Below the pieces are notes generated by a model. It was given only the letters and a program-made list of their open reading frames with translations. It made no database searches and had not been told where the DNA came from. This document shows positions 37,983 through 49,590 of a DNA stretch of 64,000 nucleotides, piece by piece. The DNA lies in assembly GCF_006345805.1 (NCBI RefSeq), contig NC_043006.1:16058001-16122000 (forward strand), written 5' to 3'. This DNA comes from Octopus sinensis (taxonomy: Eukaryota). How positions within the stretch are numbered: the first letter of the stretch is position 1; every line of letters starts with the position of its first letter. A program made the translations under genes and the position numbers.

Positions 37983-38564
37983 ATGTGTGTGTGTGTGTGT
38001 GTATTTATGAAACGTTCTTAAGAGTGGTGAAGTTGCTGCAAAATAAAGGAAGAATTCTAGTTATTTTTGTTTTCGTATATTATCACTTAATAGGTTTTTC
38101 TTCAAGTTGTACTATGGTAACCCTTTCTTTATATCGTTCATTAAAAGAATCTTTTCATTCGTCAATTATAGTGAAAACATTAATAAACAGAAACTGCGTG
38201 AATGCCTTATTGGTGGGGCTGGTCTTCTTCTTGAGTGGTTGAGTGGTTTAATTCATTTGCTAACCGGTTTAACATCAACAGGTAATCGCGTACTTATAAC
38301 AAATTACACATGTGTATATATTCCCATACATTGGGAATATATGTAAATGTACATGTGTGTGTGTTTGTATATATGTGTGTGCGTGGATGTGTGTGTGCGT
38401 GTGTATAAATTTATGTATCAGTATACTTTTACTTATTACTGTGGTTGGGTTCCGATCATGATGGAGCACCGCTTTAAATTGTTTAGTCGAATAAAATGAT
38501 CTCTGTATTTGTTTCTTTTAGAGTCTCATACTCATTGTATCGCTGTCTTTTACCGATCGGATAA

Positions 38565-38795
38565 GGCGGCAAACTGGCAGAATGGTTAGCACGCCGGAGG
38601 AAATGATTAGCGGTATTTCGTCCGTCGCTGCGTTCTGAGTTCAAATTCCGCTGAGGTCGACTATGCCTTTCATCCTTTCGGGGTCGATTAAATAAGTCCC
38701 AGTTACGCACTGGGGTCGATATAATCGACTTAATCCGTCTGTCTGCCGTTGTTTGTCTCCTCTGTGTTTAGCCCCTTGTGGGTAGTAAAGAAATA
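38565..38795 (+). mobile_element. SINE family A, tail type a
   Basis: TSD GGATAAG. Confidence 0.95.
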
Positions 38796-38804
38796 GGATA
38801 AGTT

Positions 38805-39110
38805 AAGGAGATATAAACAAGCCAATACCAGTTGTTAGTGACCTGGGGGTTAACACAAAACACGCACATACACATATATGCGTGTGTATCTGCATGTATA
38901 TATATAGAGAGACAGACAGACAGACAGACAGAGAGCGAGAGAGAGAGGGGGAGAGATGGGGTTCCACACAGTTTCCGTCAATCAAATTTCTTCACAAGAC
39001 ATTAATTCAGCCCGGTGCTTTAAATAGGACTATAGTTACACAAGCTGCCGCCCAGTGGAACTGAACCCGAAAGTACATCGTTGCGATATTAGCATCATAA
39101 ACACCATGCC
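38805..39110 (-). mobile_element. SINE family B, heavily decayed
   Basis: Diverged reverse match (CAGTTTCCGTCAATCAAAT, CAGTGGAACTGAACCCG). Confidence 0.6.
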
Positions 39111-39284
39111 TGTATGCATTTATGCATATATGTTATTAAGTTTTATTTCTAGGTTCCTAACCAATAGAGGTAGAGCCAGTTTCTAATCTAGATCCCAAAC
39201 TCCTTCGCCGGACTTTCAACAACATTAACAGGATAATTAGTATGATTGTTATTATGTGTGTAAGTATTTGGAGTCAGTGCATAT

Positions 39285-39697
39285 ACTCTTTTACTCTTTA
39301 CTCTTTTACTAGTTTCAGTCATTTGACTGCGGCCATGCTGGAGCACCGCCTTTAATCGAGCAACTCGACCCCGGAACTTATTCTTTTTGTAAGCCCAGTA
39401 CTTATTCTATCGGTCTCTTTTGCCGAACCGCTAGGTAACGGGTACATAAACACACCAGCATCGGTTGTCAAGCAATGCTAGGGGGGCAAACACAGACACA
39501 CAAACACACACACGCATATATATATATACATATATACGACGGGATTCTTTTCAGTTTCCGTCTACCAAATCCACTCACAAGGCTTTGGTCGGCCCGAGGC
39601 AATAGTAGAAGACACTTGCCCAGGGTGCCACGCAGTGGGACTGAACCCGGAACCATGTGGTTGGTAAACAAGCTACTTACCACACAGCCACTCCTGC
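39285..39697 (-). mobile_element. SINE family B, full-length
   Basis: Matches family B. Confidence 0.96.
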
Positions 39698-40799
39698 AGA
39701 TTTTTTATGTTTTGTTTTATGTATGGATGCTCATACATAGAGCTGCGCGTCTAGATATCTGCATACGGACTTATATGCCGAACTTCCGTTTTATATATTT
39801 TAACTGCTCCGTTTATGATTAGTACACGTATTCTTCTAATTAGCTTTCTCCATTCAGGTTTCGTAAATTCTAATTTCTTAAGAAGTGTGTATTTGTTTAG
39901 GTTTACATGTATGCACAAGTGCATATGCATGATGAATATGTGCATGAGTGTATCTTTCGTGTGTATCAAATATGCCAAAAATAACGAAATCTCACGCGTT
40001 ACAGACGCCTTAATGTTACTTTACTTGTTAACAATGCAGTGAACCAGCAACGCTATCTTCACAGATTCCGATATAAAATAATTAAAATACATAAATGACA
40101 GTAAAATATTTTAACAACTAATGAAATTAAAGCCTAATATTTTTACATTGTAGACTAGAAAGGAAGACTTTTAATACCGATGAAATTATATCGAAAGTTC
40201 AAACAATTTCCAAAGCAATAACATCAATGGCTAACCAATTAAAAGTTTAAATTTCTCAAGCAGAAGTTTAATAATGAATGATGAATACACATTTGCATCG
40301 TATTGCTCGTTTACGGTTACAATCATGGGAAATTCCCGTGTTATTTCAAATGTGGAAATGTTCATGTCATTTACAATAGACGCATCGAAAATTAGATTAA
40401 ATGGTATCCATACTGGGAGCAAAATAAGACGATTAGAGTATTCCGTTGATGGACGAGAGAAAAGAAACACAATAAACAAAATAAATAGATCTTAAGGATA
40501 ACTACCACTATCTACTACCACTCACTTTCCTTTTTCCTTTTACTTTTCTTTCTTCATTGTAAACTCATCAAATTACGTATAATGAAATGTAAATGTAAGC
40601 ACGCGATACATCATGTGCATGTAGGGCGAAAAAGAAAATAAATAACTAGCATATAGGTGTATATAATTGCATGCATGTGTGTATATATGTTTGTGTGCGT
40701 ATGTGTCTGTGTATAATATGTGTACACGCATAAATTCTATGAGTCCCTAATATGACTTCCATCGTTATCTACAGTTCTCTATCTATTTCTTTCTCGCTC

Positions 40800-41010
40800 T
40801 CTATACATATATACATCATACATATATGTATATGTGTATATGTATATATATAATATATATATATATTTATACTTATATATTAATACAAACTTAATATATA
40901 CTTATATTTATATAAACACATGTATACATACATATGTGTATAACCCTATATACATATATATACATATATATATATGTGTGTGTATATATATATATGTATA
41001 TGTATATATA

Positions 41011-41053
<43 letters not shown>

Positions 41054-41317
41054 CATGTATGTGAGTATGTATGTATTAATTGCATGCACGTATGCGCGTA
41101 AATGTCTCTGGGGGGCGTGTTGTTGTGTATGTGTAATTCTTGCATATGTTTGCCTCCGTGATAGTTATATGTATATTTCCGTGCATTTCATTATGCAGAT
41201 GACAAATTAATATAGAAAATCGATTAGTGACCAATTAAATTTCACATCAAAGAAAATCTGCTTCCAGTTTTCGCATATATGTGATTTTGTAGATGTGTGT
41301 GTATGTATACATACAGT

Positions 41318-41371
<54 letters not shown>

Positions 41372-41399
41372 ATATTTATATATACCCATACAGATATAG

Positions 41400-41439
<40 letters not shown>

Positions 41440-41483
41440 ATACAGATATATATATATATATATATTTTTATATATACCCATAC

Positions 41484-41521
<38 letters not shown>

Positions 41522-41670
41522 ATACAGATATATATATTATATATATATATAATATATATATATATGAGAGAGAGTGTGTGTGAGAGAGATACATACATAT
41601 GTAAATATATAGATTGATATATATATACGTATATAGAGAGTGAGAGATTTTTTCAGATAGATAGATAGAT

Positions 41671-41750
<80 letters not shown>
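40800..41750. repeat. (TA)n-rich compound microsatellite region
   Basis: Direct inspection. Confidence 0.93.
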
Positions 41751-41754
<4 letters not shown>

Positions 41755-42141
41755 CACCCAACCCGGGCCTGGCTAAGTTTGTGAAGGCCCTGATGTACAT
41801 GGAAAAGAACCTCAAGGACCACAAGCGAATCTTTTAACTAGAGAACCATACTTGTAGAGGTACAATAGCTGCGTAACCATAGAAACTTTGATTACAGAAC
41901 TGATTAAAACTTGAGTGTGAATTGTATCGGCAAACGTCGAGAATATTTTTACAAAATATATTTAAATACTTGACAAAGGGTCGCTGGACCATACACAAGT
42001 CTTGTTTGTGTTGGCGCCTTTTATCATTAAATTTCAATTTACAGTGTTATTTGATTCCAGTACACTAAACACAAATACGTAAGCTAACACGCTTATAAAC
42101 GTATGCATAAACGCGCACAAATATATACACATATATATACA

Positions 42142-42560
42142 CCGCAGCATTGGCTGTGTGGTAAGTAGCTTGCTAACCAACCACATGGTTCCGGGTTCAG
42201 TCCCACTGCGTGGCATCTTGGGCAAGTTTCTTCTGCTATAGCCCCGGGCCGACCAATGCCTTGTGAGTGGATTTGGTAGACGGAAACTGAAAGAAGTCTG
42301 TCGTATATATGTATGCATATATATATGTATGTGTATGTGTTTGTGTGTCTGTGTTTGTCCCCCTAGCATTGCTTGACAACCGATGCTGGTGTGTTTACGT
42401 CCCCGTCACTTAGCGGTTCGGCAAAAGAGAACGATAGAATAAGTACTAGGCTTACAAAGAATAAGTCCCGGGGTCGATTTGCTCGACTAAAGGCGGTGCT
42501 CCAGCATGGCCGCAGTCAAATGACTGAAACTAGTAAAAGAGTAAAAGAGAGAGAAAAGAG
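42142..42560 (+). mobile_element. SINE family B, full-length
   Basis: Matches family B. Confidence 0.95.
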
Positions 42561-43007
42561 TACACCTACACATACACAGGTATATATTCACACCTAACGT
42601 ATAACACAAAGATATTTATGGGCACACTTACATATGTGCACATTAGCAAGTTAGTAGATATGGATATACACGTATATATACATTTGCATGATTCAGATGC
42701 TTTAGCCTTTAATAAAACATATACTATTTTCTTCGTTTGTAATCACAAATTTTCATCAATCCATACACACAGATACACATATATGTACGTATATGTATGT
42801 ATGTATAATTGCATTCGGTGGGATTAGTAATATTTTTGGTAGAAATGACTGATTGTCCCTCTTAGCGTTTGGCAAGTATATATAATGCCTCCTGGCATGT
42901 ATGTATAATTATGCCCTCTATATATAAATATATATATATATATATATAGTTAATCCAAACATGAACACAGTGAAAACACAACAACGCGAGGACGTGGAAC
43001 AAGTATA

Positions 43008-43240
43008 TATTTCTTTACTACCCACAAGGGGCTAAACACAGAGGGGACAAACAAGGACAGACAAACGGATTAAGTCGATTACATCGACCCCAGTGCGTAA
43101 CTGTTACTTAATTTATCGACCCCGAAAGGATGAAAGGCAAAGTCGACTTCGGCGGAATTTGAACTCGGAACGTAACGACAGACGAAATACGGCTACGCAG
43201 GTCGCCCGGCGTGCTAACGTTTCTGCCAGCTCGCCGCCTT
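43008..43240 (-). mobile_element. SINE family A, tail type a
   Basis: 10-bp TSD AACAAGTATA (42998-43007 / 43241-43250). Confidence 0.97.
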
Positions 43241-43289
43241 AACAAGTATAGTGTTATTGGACGCCGAGGAAAGGAAAGGAAGAAGGAGG

Positions 43290-43324
43290 ACTTAATGTTT
43301 CGAGCGGAGCTCTTCGTCAGAAAC
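43290..43324 (-). ncRNA. Ultra-minimal hammerhead-like motif
   Basis: GUUU-CUGACGA-A-GAGC(ucc)GCUC-GAAA-CA-UU-AAGU; CA may be CpG-decayed CG. Confidence 0.5.
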
Positions 43325-43445
43325 ATAGAAAAGGGAAAGGTCCAAGAAGGGAAGACGGAGAAAGAAAATCGGCAACGATACACACGCGGTCACATATTGA
43401 AAACAAAAACGCAAAGAAAATTGAAAAAAATATATATGTATATAA

Positions 43446-43507
<62 letters not shown>

Positions 43508-43587
43508 CAAAGTTGAGTTGTGGGGTATCGCACGAGTGGAATTATATACGAAAGAAGGTTTGAAAATGCAATTTAAAAGATGTTTAT

Positions 43588-43632
43588 TTACTTAACCGGT
43601 TTCACTCTTTGGAAAAAGATTGTCAAAAGTAA
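43588..43632 (-). ncRNA. Hammerhead variant with U3-A8 core pair
   Basis: UUACUU-UUGACAA-UCUUU(uucc)AAAGA-gu-GAAA-CCGG-UU-AAGUAA; 6-bp stem I, palindromic ACCGGU, imperfect stem II junction. Confidence 0.55.
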
Positions 43633-44029
43633 CATAGAATATTATGAATTCAAAAAAGTTTTTTACATAATTGCCACATTGAATATTATGAATTCAAAAA
43701 AGTTTTTTACATAATTGCCACATTACATGTATATATATAGTCTTTGGTAACAGGGACATGTTAAGGGCATAAAGAAGTTCAACAGTGTGATGAGAATATT
43801 TGAAAAAATGGGCAGAAAAGAATAAAACAAATATATTATTGGAAGTTTGGTTGCGTTAATTATTGGTTGTTGCAAATTGTCACATTACATGTATATATAT
43901 TCAACATTTCTGCTAAAACGGACAGGTCAGTAAACAAACTCGCCTTGAATTCATAATATTCTGTACTGACCCTGAGATGTATAATATATTCATTTTAATT
44001 TTTTCTGCTAATTTTTTCTGCCAATTTTT

Positions 44030-44890
44030 CAAATATTCTCACCATCATCACCCAGAATTTACCAATACTTCATAAGGACCCCAAATTAAAGGAAATTCTA
44101 AACATACACCAAATCATTAAAAGCTACAAACAACCTAAATCACTTAAAATTGTTTTCTGAAATTACGGATGCAAAAGTTAAAAAAATGTGGTAGATCGAA
44201 CCGTGCAACATGTCCAAACCTGCTAGAAGGATCAGAATTCCTCTTTAAAGAGGGACAGAAATTCAAGATCAAATCTAACTTTACTTGTGCCTCTGAAAAC
44301 ATAATTTATGTCATAAAATGCTCGGGCTGCCACCAAGACTACGTGGGATCCACGGGACTATCACTCAGACGTAGATGCACACTGCATCGACAACAGATTG
44401 CATTCCCAGAATACAGAATGATACCTTTTAGTGAACACATTGAGAAATGCGCAAAGCAACTACTACCACAATTTTTAATCTTTCCATTTTACCAATGTGC
44501 TATCGGATCATCAACACAAATTAGACTAAACAAGGAAACATTCTTCATTGAAAAGTACAAGCCCAGACTTAACCATGCCAACATACTGATACAGAGAAAT
44601 TCACACCAAGGGAAAGGAAAAAAAGTTTAAGCGATTATCTCCCTTACACCGGAAGAAATCACTCATTACCTCCCCTTATTTAGAACTCTTTTAAACATAA
44701 ACATAACGATAACTCTATTCAACATAAACATAACGTCGTAAGAAATTTGAAAAGCTAAACGCGAAACCGGTCTTTCTTCTAAACTATGTCTTGTAGGAAA
44801 AAAAGTTTTAATATTCTTCAGGCATATTGACGCAAATATATATATTTTTTAACCTTTAAGCCCTCTGTAGTTTTTTCACTTTTTACTATT
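44030..44890 (+). mobile_element. Penelope-like element 3' fragment: linker, GIY-YIG endonuclease (44169-44630) and terminal region
   Basis: IKSYKQPKSLK linker; NIIYVIKCSGC..YVGSTG...R..LH; E.FFIEKYKPRLN. Confidence 0.9.
44740..44778 (+). ncRNA. Hammerhead variant with U3-A8 core pair in the Penelope 3' region
   Basis: AAGAAA-u-UUGAAAA-GC(uaaac)GC-GAAA-CCGG-UC-UUUCUU. Confidence 0.6.
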
Positions 44891-45275
44891 TTCTATATAT
44901 ATAGATAGATAGATAGATATAGGCGTGACTGTATGGTCAGACGCTAGCTTTCGAATCACTTGGTTCCTGGTTTAGTTTCACGACGTCTTAACGTGGGCAA
45001 ATATCCCCTACTATAACTCCAGATCGACCAAAGCTTTGTGAGTGGATCTAGTTTATGGAAACAGCAATATAATGACATTGTGCCGTTGGCGATTTCTGCT
45101 TTTCTCCTTTGAACTTTTCCCTTTTTCCTTTCCGACGAAGTGCTATTTCACTGGGCATCAAGCTAATACACTCCACTTCTTGTGCACATCGTCACGTTTG
45201 TTGTTTCGGTTTTTCTTCTTCGTTTATTTGAATTGATTATACATATCTATATCTATATATATATATATATATATA

Positions 45276-45507
45276 TATTTCTTTACTACCCACAAGGGGC
45301 TAAACACAGAAGGGACAAACAAGGACAGACAAAGGGTTTAAGTCGATTACATCTACCCCAGAGCTTAACTGGTACTTAATTTATCGACCCTATTAGGATG
45401 AAAGGCAAAGTCAACCTCAGCGGAATTTGAACTCGGAACGTAACGACAGACGAAATACGGCAACGCATTTCGCCCGGTGTGCTAACGTTTCTACCAGCTC
45501 GCCGCCT
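45276..45507 (-). mobile_element. SINE family A, tail type a, abutting (TA)n
   Basis: Matches the family A consensus. Confidence 0.95.
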
Positions 45508-45633
45508 CTCTCTCTTTATATATATATATAAAGAGAGAAAGGGATAGATAGATAGATACACACACATATATGTATATATATATGAGTGTGTGTGTGTGTG
45601 TGTGTATGTATGTATCTATGTATGTATGTATAA

Positions 45634-45678
<45 letters not shown>

Positions 45679-45847
45679 GTATGTATTATATTATATTACA
45701 TATTTTATATTAATGTTTCGCTTACGAATAACGACACTAACAATCAGGTGCTGGAACTTAATATTCATAAAAGCCACGAAGGAAGCGTTAGCTGAGTACA
45801 GACTAGAATATGAGATTAAATAAATGACAAATGAAAAGGAAATTAGG

Positions 45848-45938
45848 CAATGAACTTCACGGTCTAACATCTGTTTCTGTTATAGAACACTGTGCACTCA
45901 GAGCAGGGTACTTGCGCATCACCTTATGCTTTGGAAGC

Positions 45939-45941
<3 letters not shown>
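45848..45941 (+). repeat. 94-bp locally duplicated segment preceding (GT)n (copy 1; copy 2 at 47708-47801)
   Basis: About 10 differences in 94 bp; 1860 bp apart. Confidence 0.9.
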
Positions 45942-45972
<31 letters not shown>

Positions 45973-46097
45973 GGTATATGTGTGTGTGTTGGTATATGTG
46001 TGTGTGTGTGTGTGTTTGTGTGTGTGTATGTGTGTGTGTGTTGGTGTGTGTGTTGGTGTGTGTGTGTCTGTGCGTGTGTGTGTGTATGTGTGTGTCT

Positions 46098-46140
<43 letters not shown>

Positions 46141-46261
46141 GGTGTGTGTGTGTGTTGGTGTGTGTGTATGTGTGTGTGTGTTGGTGTGTGTGTGTCTGTG
46201 CGTGTGTGTGTGTGTGTGTTGGTGTGTGTGTGTGTGTGTTGGTGTGTGTGTGTGTCGTTGT

Positions 46262-46436
46262 GTTTATGTTTGTCGCCCGCTTGACATGGTTCTTTCAGTT
46301 TTCGTCTGTTAAATCCACTCACAAAGTTTTGGTCTATAGTGGAAGACTCTTGTCCAAAATGCTGCCCAGTGAGAGTGAACCCAGAACCATGTGGTTGGGA
46401 AGAAAACGTCTCAGCTCACAGCCATGCCTGCGCTTA
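46262..46436 (-). mobile_element. SINE family B, decayed 5' half
   Basis: Diverged reverse match. Confidence 0.75.
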
Positions 46437-46839
46437 TAATAATCCATTTTCTCGCATAATAATGAATGGAGAGAAACCATTTCCTACACCTCTCCAGAGT
46501 CTGTCAATACAATTTATTCCCTCTGTTAGAGAGTGTATTGAGGTTTAGCTGTTTTGTTGCCCTTCCGTAGTATCTTATATTTTAGCACCCATTCAAAGGG
46601 TTTGAAAGAATAGTTTTCATGTTTGACATTGAAAAAAACAGTCCAATTCATTTGTTACCAAGTCTAATTCGCTCGCTCGTACAGTTATTAATAGAAGTAT
46701 TTCTTAACTCATCTATTAAATACTCCTCAGCCTATAATATTCTCCTAAAGCTAATAGGACGAGTTGCGTGTTAGCCGACCACAATGACTGTGAAAATTCA
46801 AACAATTTAGTCAGTTAATGATTTAATCGAAGGACGAGT

Positions 46840-47040
46840 TCTCCTTCATTGGTTTCTTCTGAAAAGATACAATATATTTTCCTTTACAAACGAACAGCAA
46901 TAGCATGTTGTGAAGAGAAGAGCTCATTCAAAATAGTAGCGCATGCGCAGAACTACACCCATGCCTTAAAATTGCTGCACAAAAAAAATAGCATTACGAT
47001 TTATTCGTAGAGTAAAGAATGGTATTCTAAGATGGATATC
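46840..47040. promoter_or_regulatory. Candidate housekeeping-type promoter (NRF1 palindrome plus ACTACA motif)
   Basis: GCGCATGCGC 46939-46948 directly followed by GAACTACA 46950-46957; ATTGG (CCAAT reverse) near 46848; non-repetitive context. Confidence 0.4.
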
Positions 47041-47241
47041 ATTTGCAAGGTTTCCGTGAACACATTTAGAGTGGATTGAAGAAGGAATATTAAGTTTCGT
47101 TTGTGTGTTACCGTAGTAGAAGAGAGAAGACAGGAAAATTGTTCGGAAGCAATTTTTATATATCTGTTTTTCTTTTCCTCGCTTCTTTATATATCTCTCG
47201 TTCTTTTATATCACGTATTTTGTGTGTGTATGTGTGTATGC

Positions 47242-47623
47242 GGAGGCGCAATGGCCCAGTGGTTAGGGCAGCGGACTCGCGGTCATAGGATCGCGGTTTC
47301 GATTCCCAGACCGGGCGTTGTGAGTGTTTATTGAGCGAAAACACCTAAAAGCTCCACGAGGCTCCGGCAGGGGATGGTGGTGATCCCTGCTGTACTCTTT
47401 CACCACAACTTTCTCTCACTCTTACTTCCTGTTTCTGTTGTACCTGTATTTCAAAGGGCCGGCCTTGTCACTCTCTGTGTCACGCTGAATATCCCCGAGA
47501 ACTACGTTAAGGGTACACGTGTCTGTGGAGTGCTCAGCCACTTACACGTTAATTTCACGAGCAGGCTGTTCCGTTGATCGGATCAACCGGAACCCTCGTC
47601 GTCGTAACCGACGGAGTGCTTCC
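47242..47623 (+). mobile_element. SINE family C, young full-length copy
   Basis: 12-bp TSD ATGTGTGTATGC; nearly identical to 6455-6839. Confidence 0.96.
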
Positions 47624-48265
47624 ATGTGTGTATGCAAAATATGATTAAACAATCACATATAGAACCTGAAAATGAACATGTCAGTTAATAAAAAATATAA
47701 ACCATTACAATGAACTTCATTATCTAACATCCGTTTCTGCTTTAGAACGCTGTGCACTCAGAGCTGGGTATTTGTGCATCACCTTATGCTTTGGAAGCTC
47801 CGTGTGTGTGTGTATGCGTGTCTTTGTGTTTGTGTGTGTGCGTGCATGTGTGTGTGTGTGTGTGTGTGCGTGTGTGTGTGTGCATGTGTTTGTGTGTGTG
47901 CGTGCGTGCATGTGTGTGTATGTGTGTGTGTGTGCGTGCGTGTGTGTTTTGGTATGTGACTGTGTGCGTGTGTGTATGTGGGGGTGTCGAATTTTGGTTT
48001 AATTTGAGCAAGCATTCATTTGACTCGCAGATATATATGTAGAGCTTAGGTGGCGCTTAAGCAGGCAGCAAGAGAAAAACTGTTTGAAAATTGTTCCCTA
48101 ATACACTCTGGGTTTTAACGGGAACCAAAACGGAAACAGAATACCACACTAAAATTTCGTGATTTCATGTAACGCCTTCCAAATATAAAAATCACAGAAA
48201 ATTCTCAAATATCTTACATTACCAACAAAATGTAAATAAGAGATAGAATAATAATAATAATAATA

Positions 48266-48305
<40 letters not shown>

Positions 48306-48309
<4 letters not shown>

Positions 48310-48357
48310 TTCAGACAAATACATAACAAAAACACCAGGACTTACAAACACATATAA
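48306..48357 (+). mobile_element. R4/Dong-clade 3' fragment, left part (continues at 51949)
   Basis: Reads SDKYITKTPGLTNTY and joins in frame to NIQKIALLGTAHILRRTLSIQ once the RTE and one TSD are removed; preceded by (AAT)n. Confidence 0.8.
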
Positions 48358-49580
48358 TAATAATAATGTTCGTCCTTCGGTTCGAAGATGACCAACTGAC
48401 ATCATCTGATGGAACTGCCGCCATGAGACCGGAGGTGGCTGGTGAGGCCAATCCGGGCAAGGAAGCCCCTCCCACAGGTGGGGCAGAAGTGGGTAGGGGC
48501 AGTGCTACTGGTGCAGGCGGCTCTGACTTTACGCATCTGACGTTTCTGCTCCGCTGACCGAATCCGTCCCTCCTCGGCTGTCCCTGCTCCCACGGTGATT
48601 GCGCTGCGCCAGGATGAGCGGTTGGCAGCAAGTGTCTCCCAGGTCTCTGTTCCGATGGAGAAGTCTTTGAGAGAGACCTTGAGACTATCCTTGTAGCGCT
48701 TTTTCTGCCCTCCGACTTTGCGCCTGCCCTGGCCGAGTTCACCGTAGAAGAGCTGTTTTGGGATGCGAGTGTCGGACATGCGGGAGACGTGGCCCGCCCA
48801 TCTCAGCTGGGCCTTGCGCATGATTGTGATGGTGCTAGGGAGATCTGCCTGCTTCAGAACTTCCGTGTCTGGGACTTTGTCCTGCCAGCGGATGTGAAGG
48901 AGATTCCGAAGACACCTGAGATGGAAGTGGTTTATCTGGCGCTCGTGCCTTCGGTAAGCAGTCCACGTCTCGCAGCCGTATAGTAGGGTGGTAAGCACGA
49001 CTGCCCGGTAGACTTTCAGCTTGGTGTTGAGGCTGATCCTCTCCGCTCCCAGACTTTCTTTCGCAGTCTCCCAAACGCGCTGCTTGCCTTGGAGATTCTG
49101 TTGATGGTTTCAGCATCTATGTTGGCATTGCAGGAGAGAGTGCTGCCCAGGTAGGTGAAGTTTTCCACCACTCGTAAGATCCGTCTGTTCACCCTTATCT
49201 GAGGCTCATGGTATTGTTTGCCGGGGGCTGGCTGAAACATCACTTCGGTTTTCTTTGCACTGATGGTGAGACCGAAGTTGTCACAGGCTGATGAGAACCT
49301 GTCCATCTCGAGCTGCATCTCCTGCTCATCGATTGCATTAAGGGCGCAGTCGTCAGCAAAGAGAAAGTCTCTGACGACTGTCTCCCTCACCTTTGTGACA
49401 GCCTGCAATCTCCTGGAGTTGAAAAGTTTCCCGTCTGTCCTGTACTTGATGTTGATACCGGACTTGCAGTCCCTAAAGGCGTCGGACATCATTGCCGAGA
49501 ACATGATGCTGAACAGTGTTGGGGCCAGGACACAGCCCTGCCTGACTCCGTTGGTCACCTGGAAGGCTTCAGATGAGTCG
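48358..49580 (-). mobile_element. RTE-clade LINE #1, 3' segment (RT C-half, C2H2 finger, 3' UTR, (ATT)n tail)
   Basis: GVRQGCVLAPTLF, FLFADDCAL, FTYLGS, LLYGCETW, LRWAGHV, CPTCGRGFLARIGLTSHLRSH; one frameshift near 49020. Confidence 0.97.
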
Positions 49581-49590
49581 CATGTCACGC

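Larger units (their letters stand above)
42948..43425 (-). mobile_element. ~235-bp hammerhead-like-bearing element between (TA)n tracts, split by a family A SINE
   Basis: Related decayed plus-strand copy at ~45070-45240, also ending at (TA)n. Confidence 0.7.

Noticed and set aside
44760-44825. Alternative minus-strand hammerhead overlapping 44740-44778
   Set aside because: Stem II does not close at the junction; the plus-strand fold matches the Penelope orientation
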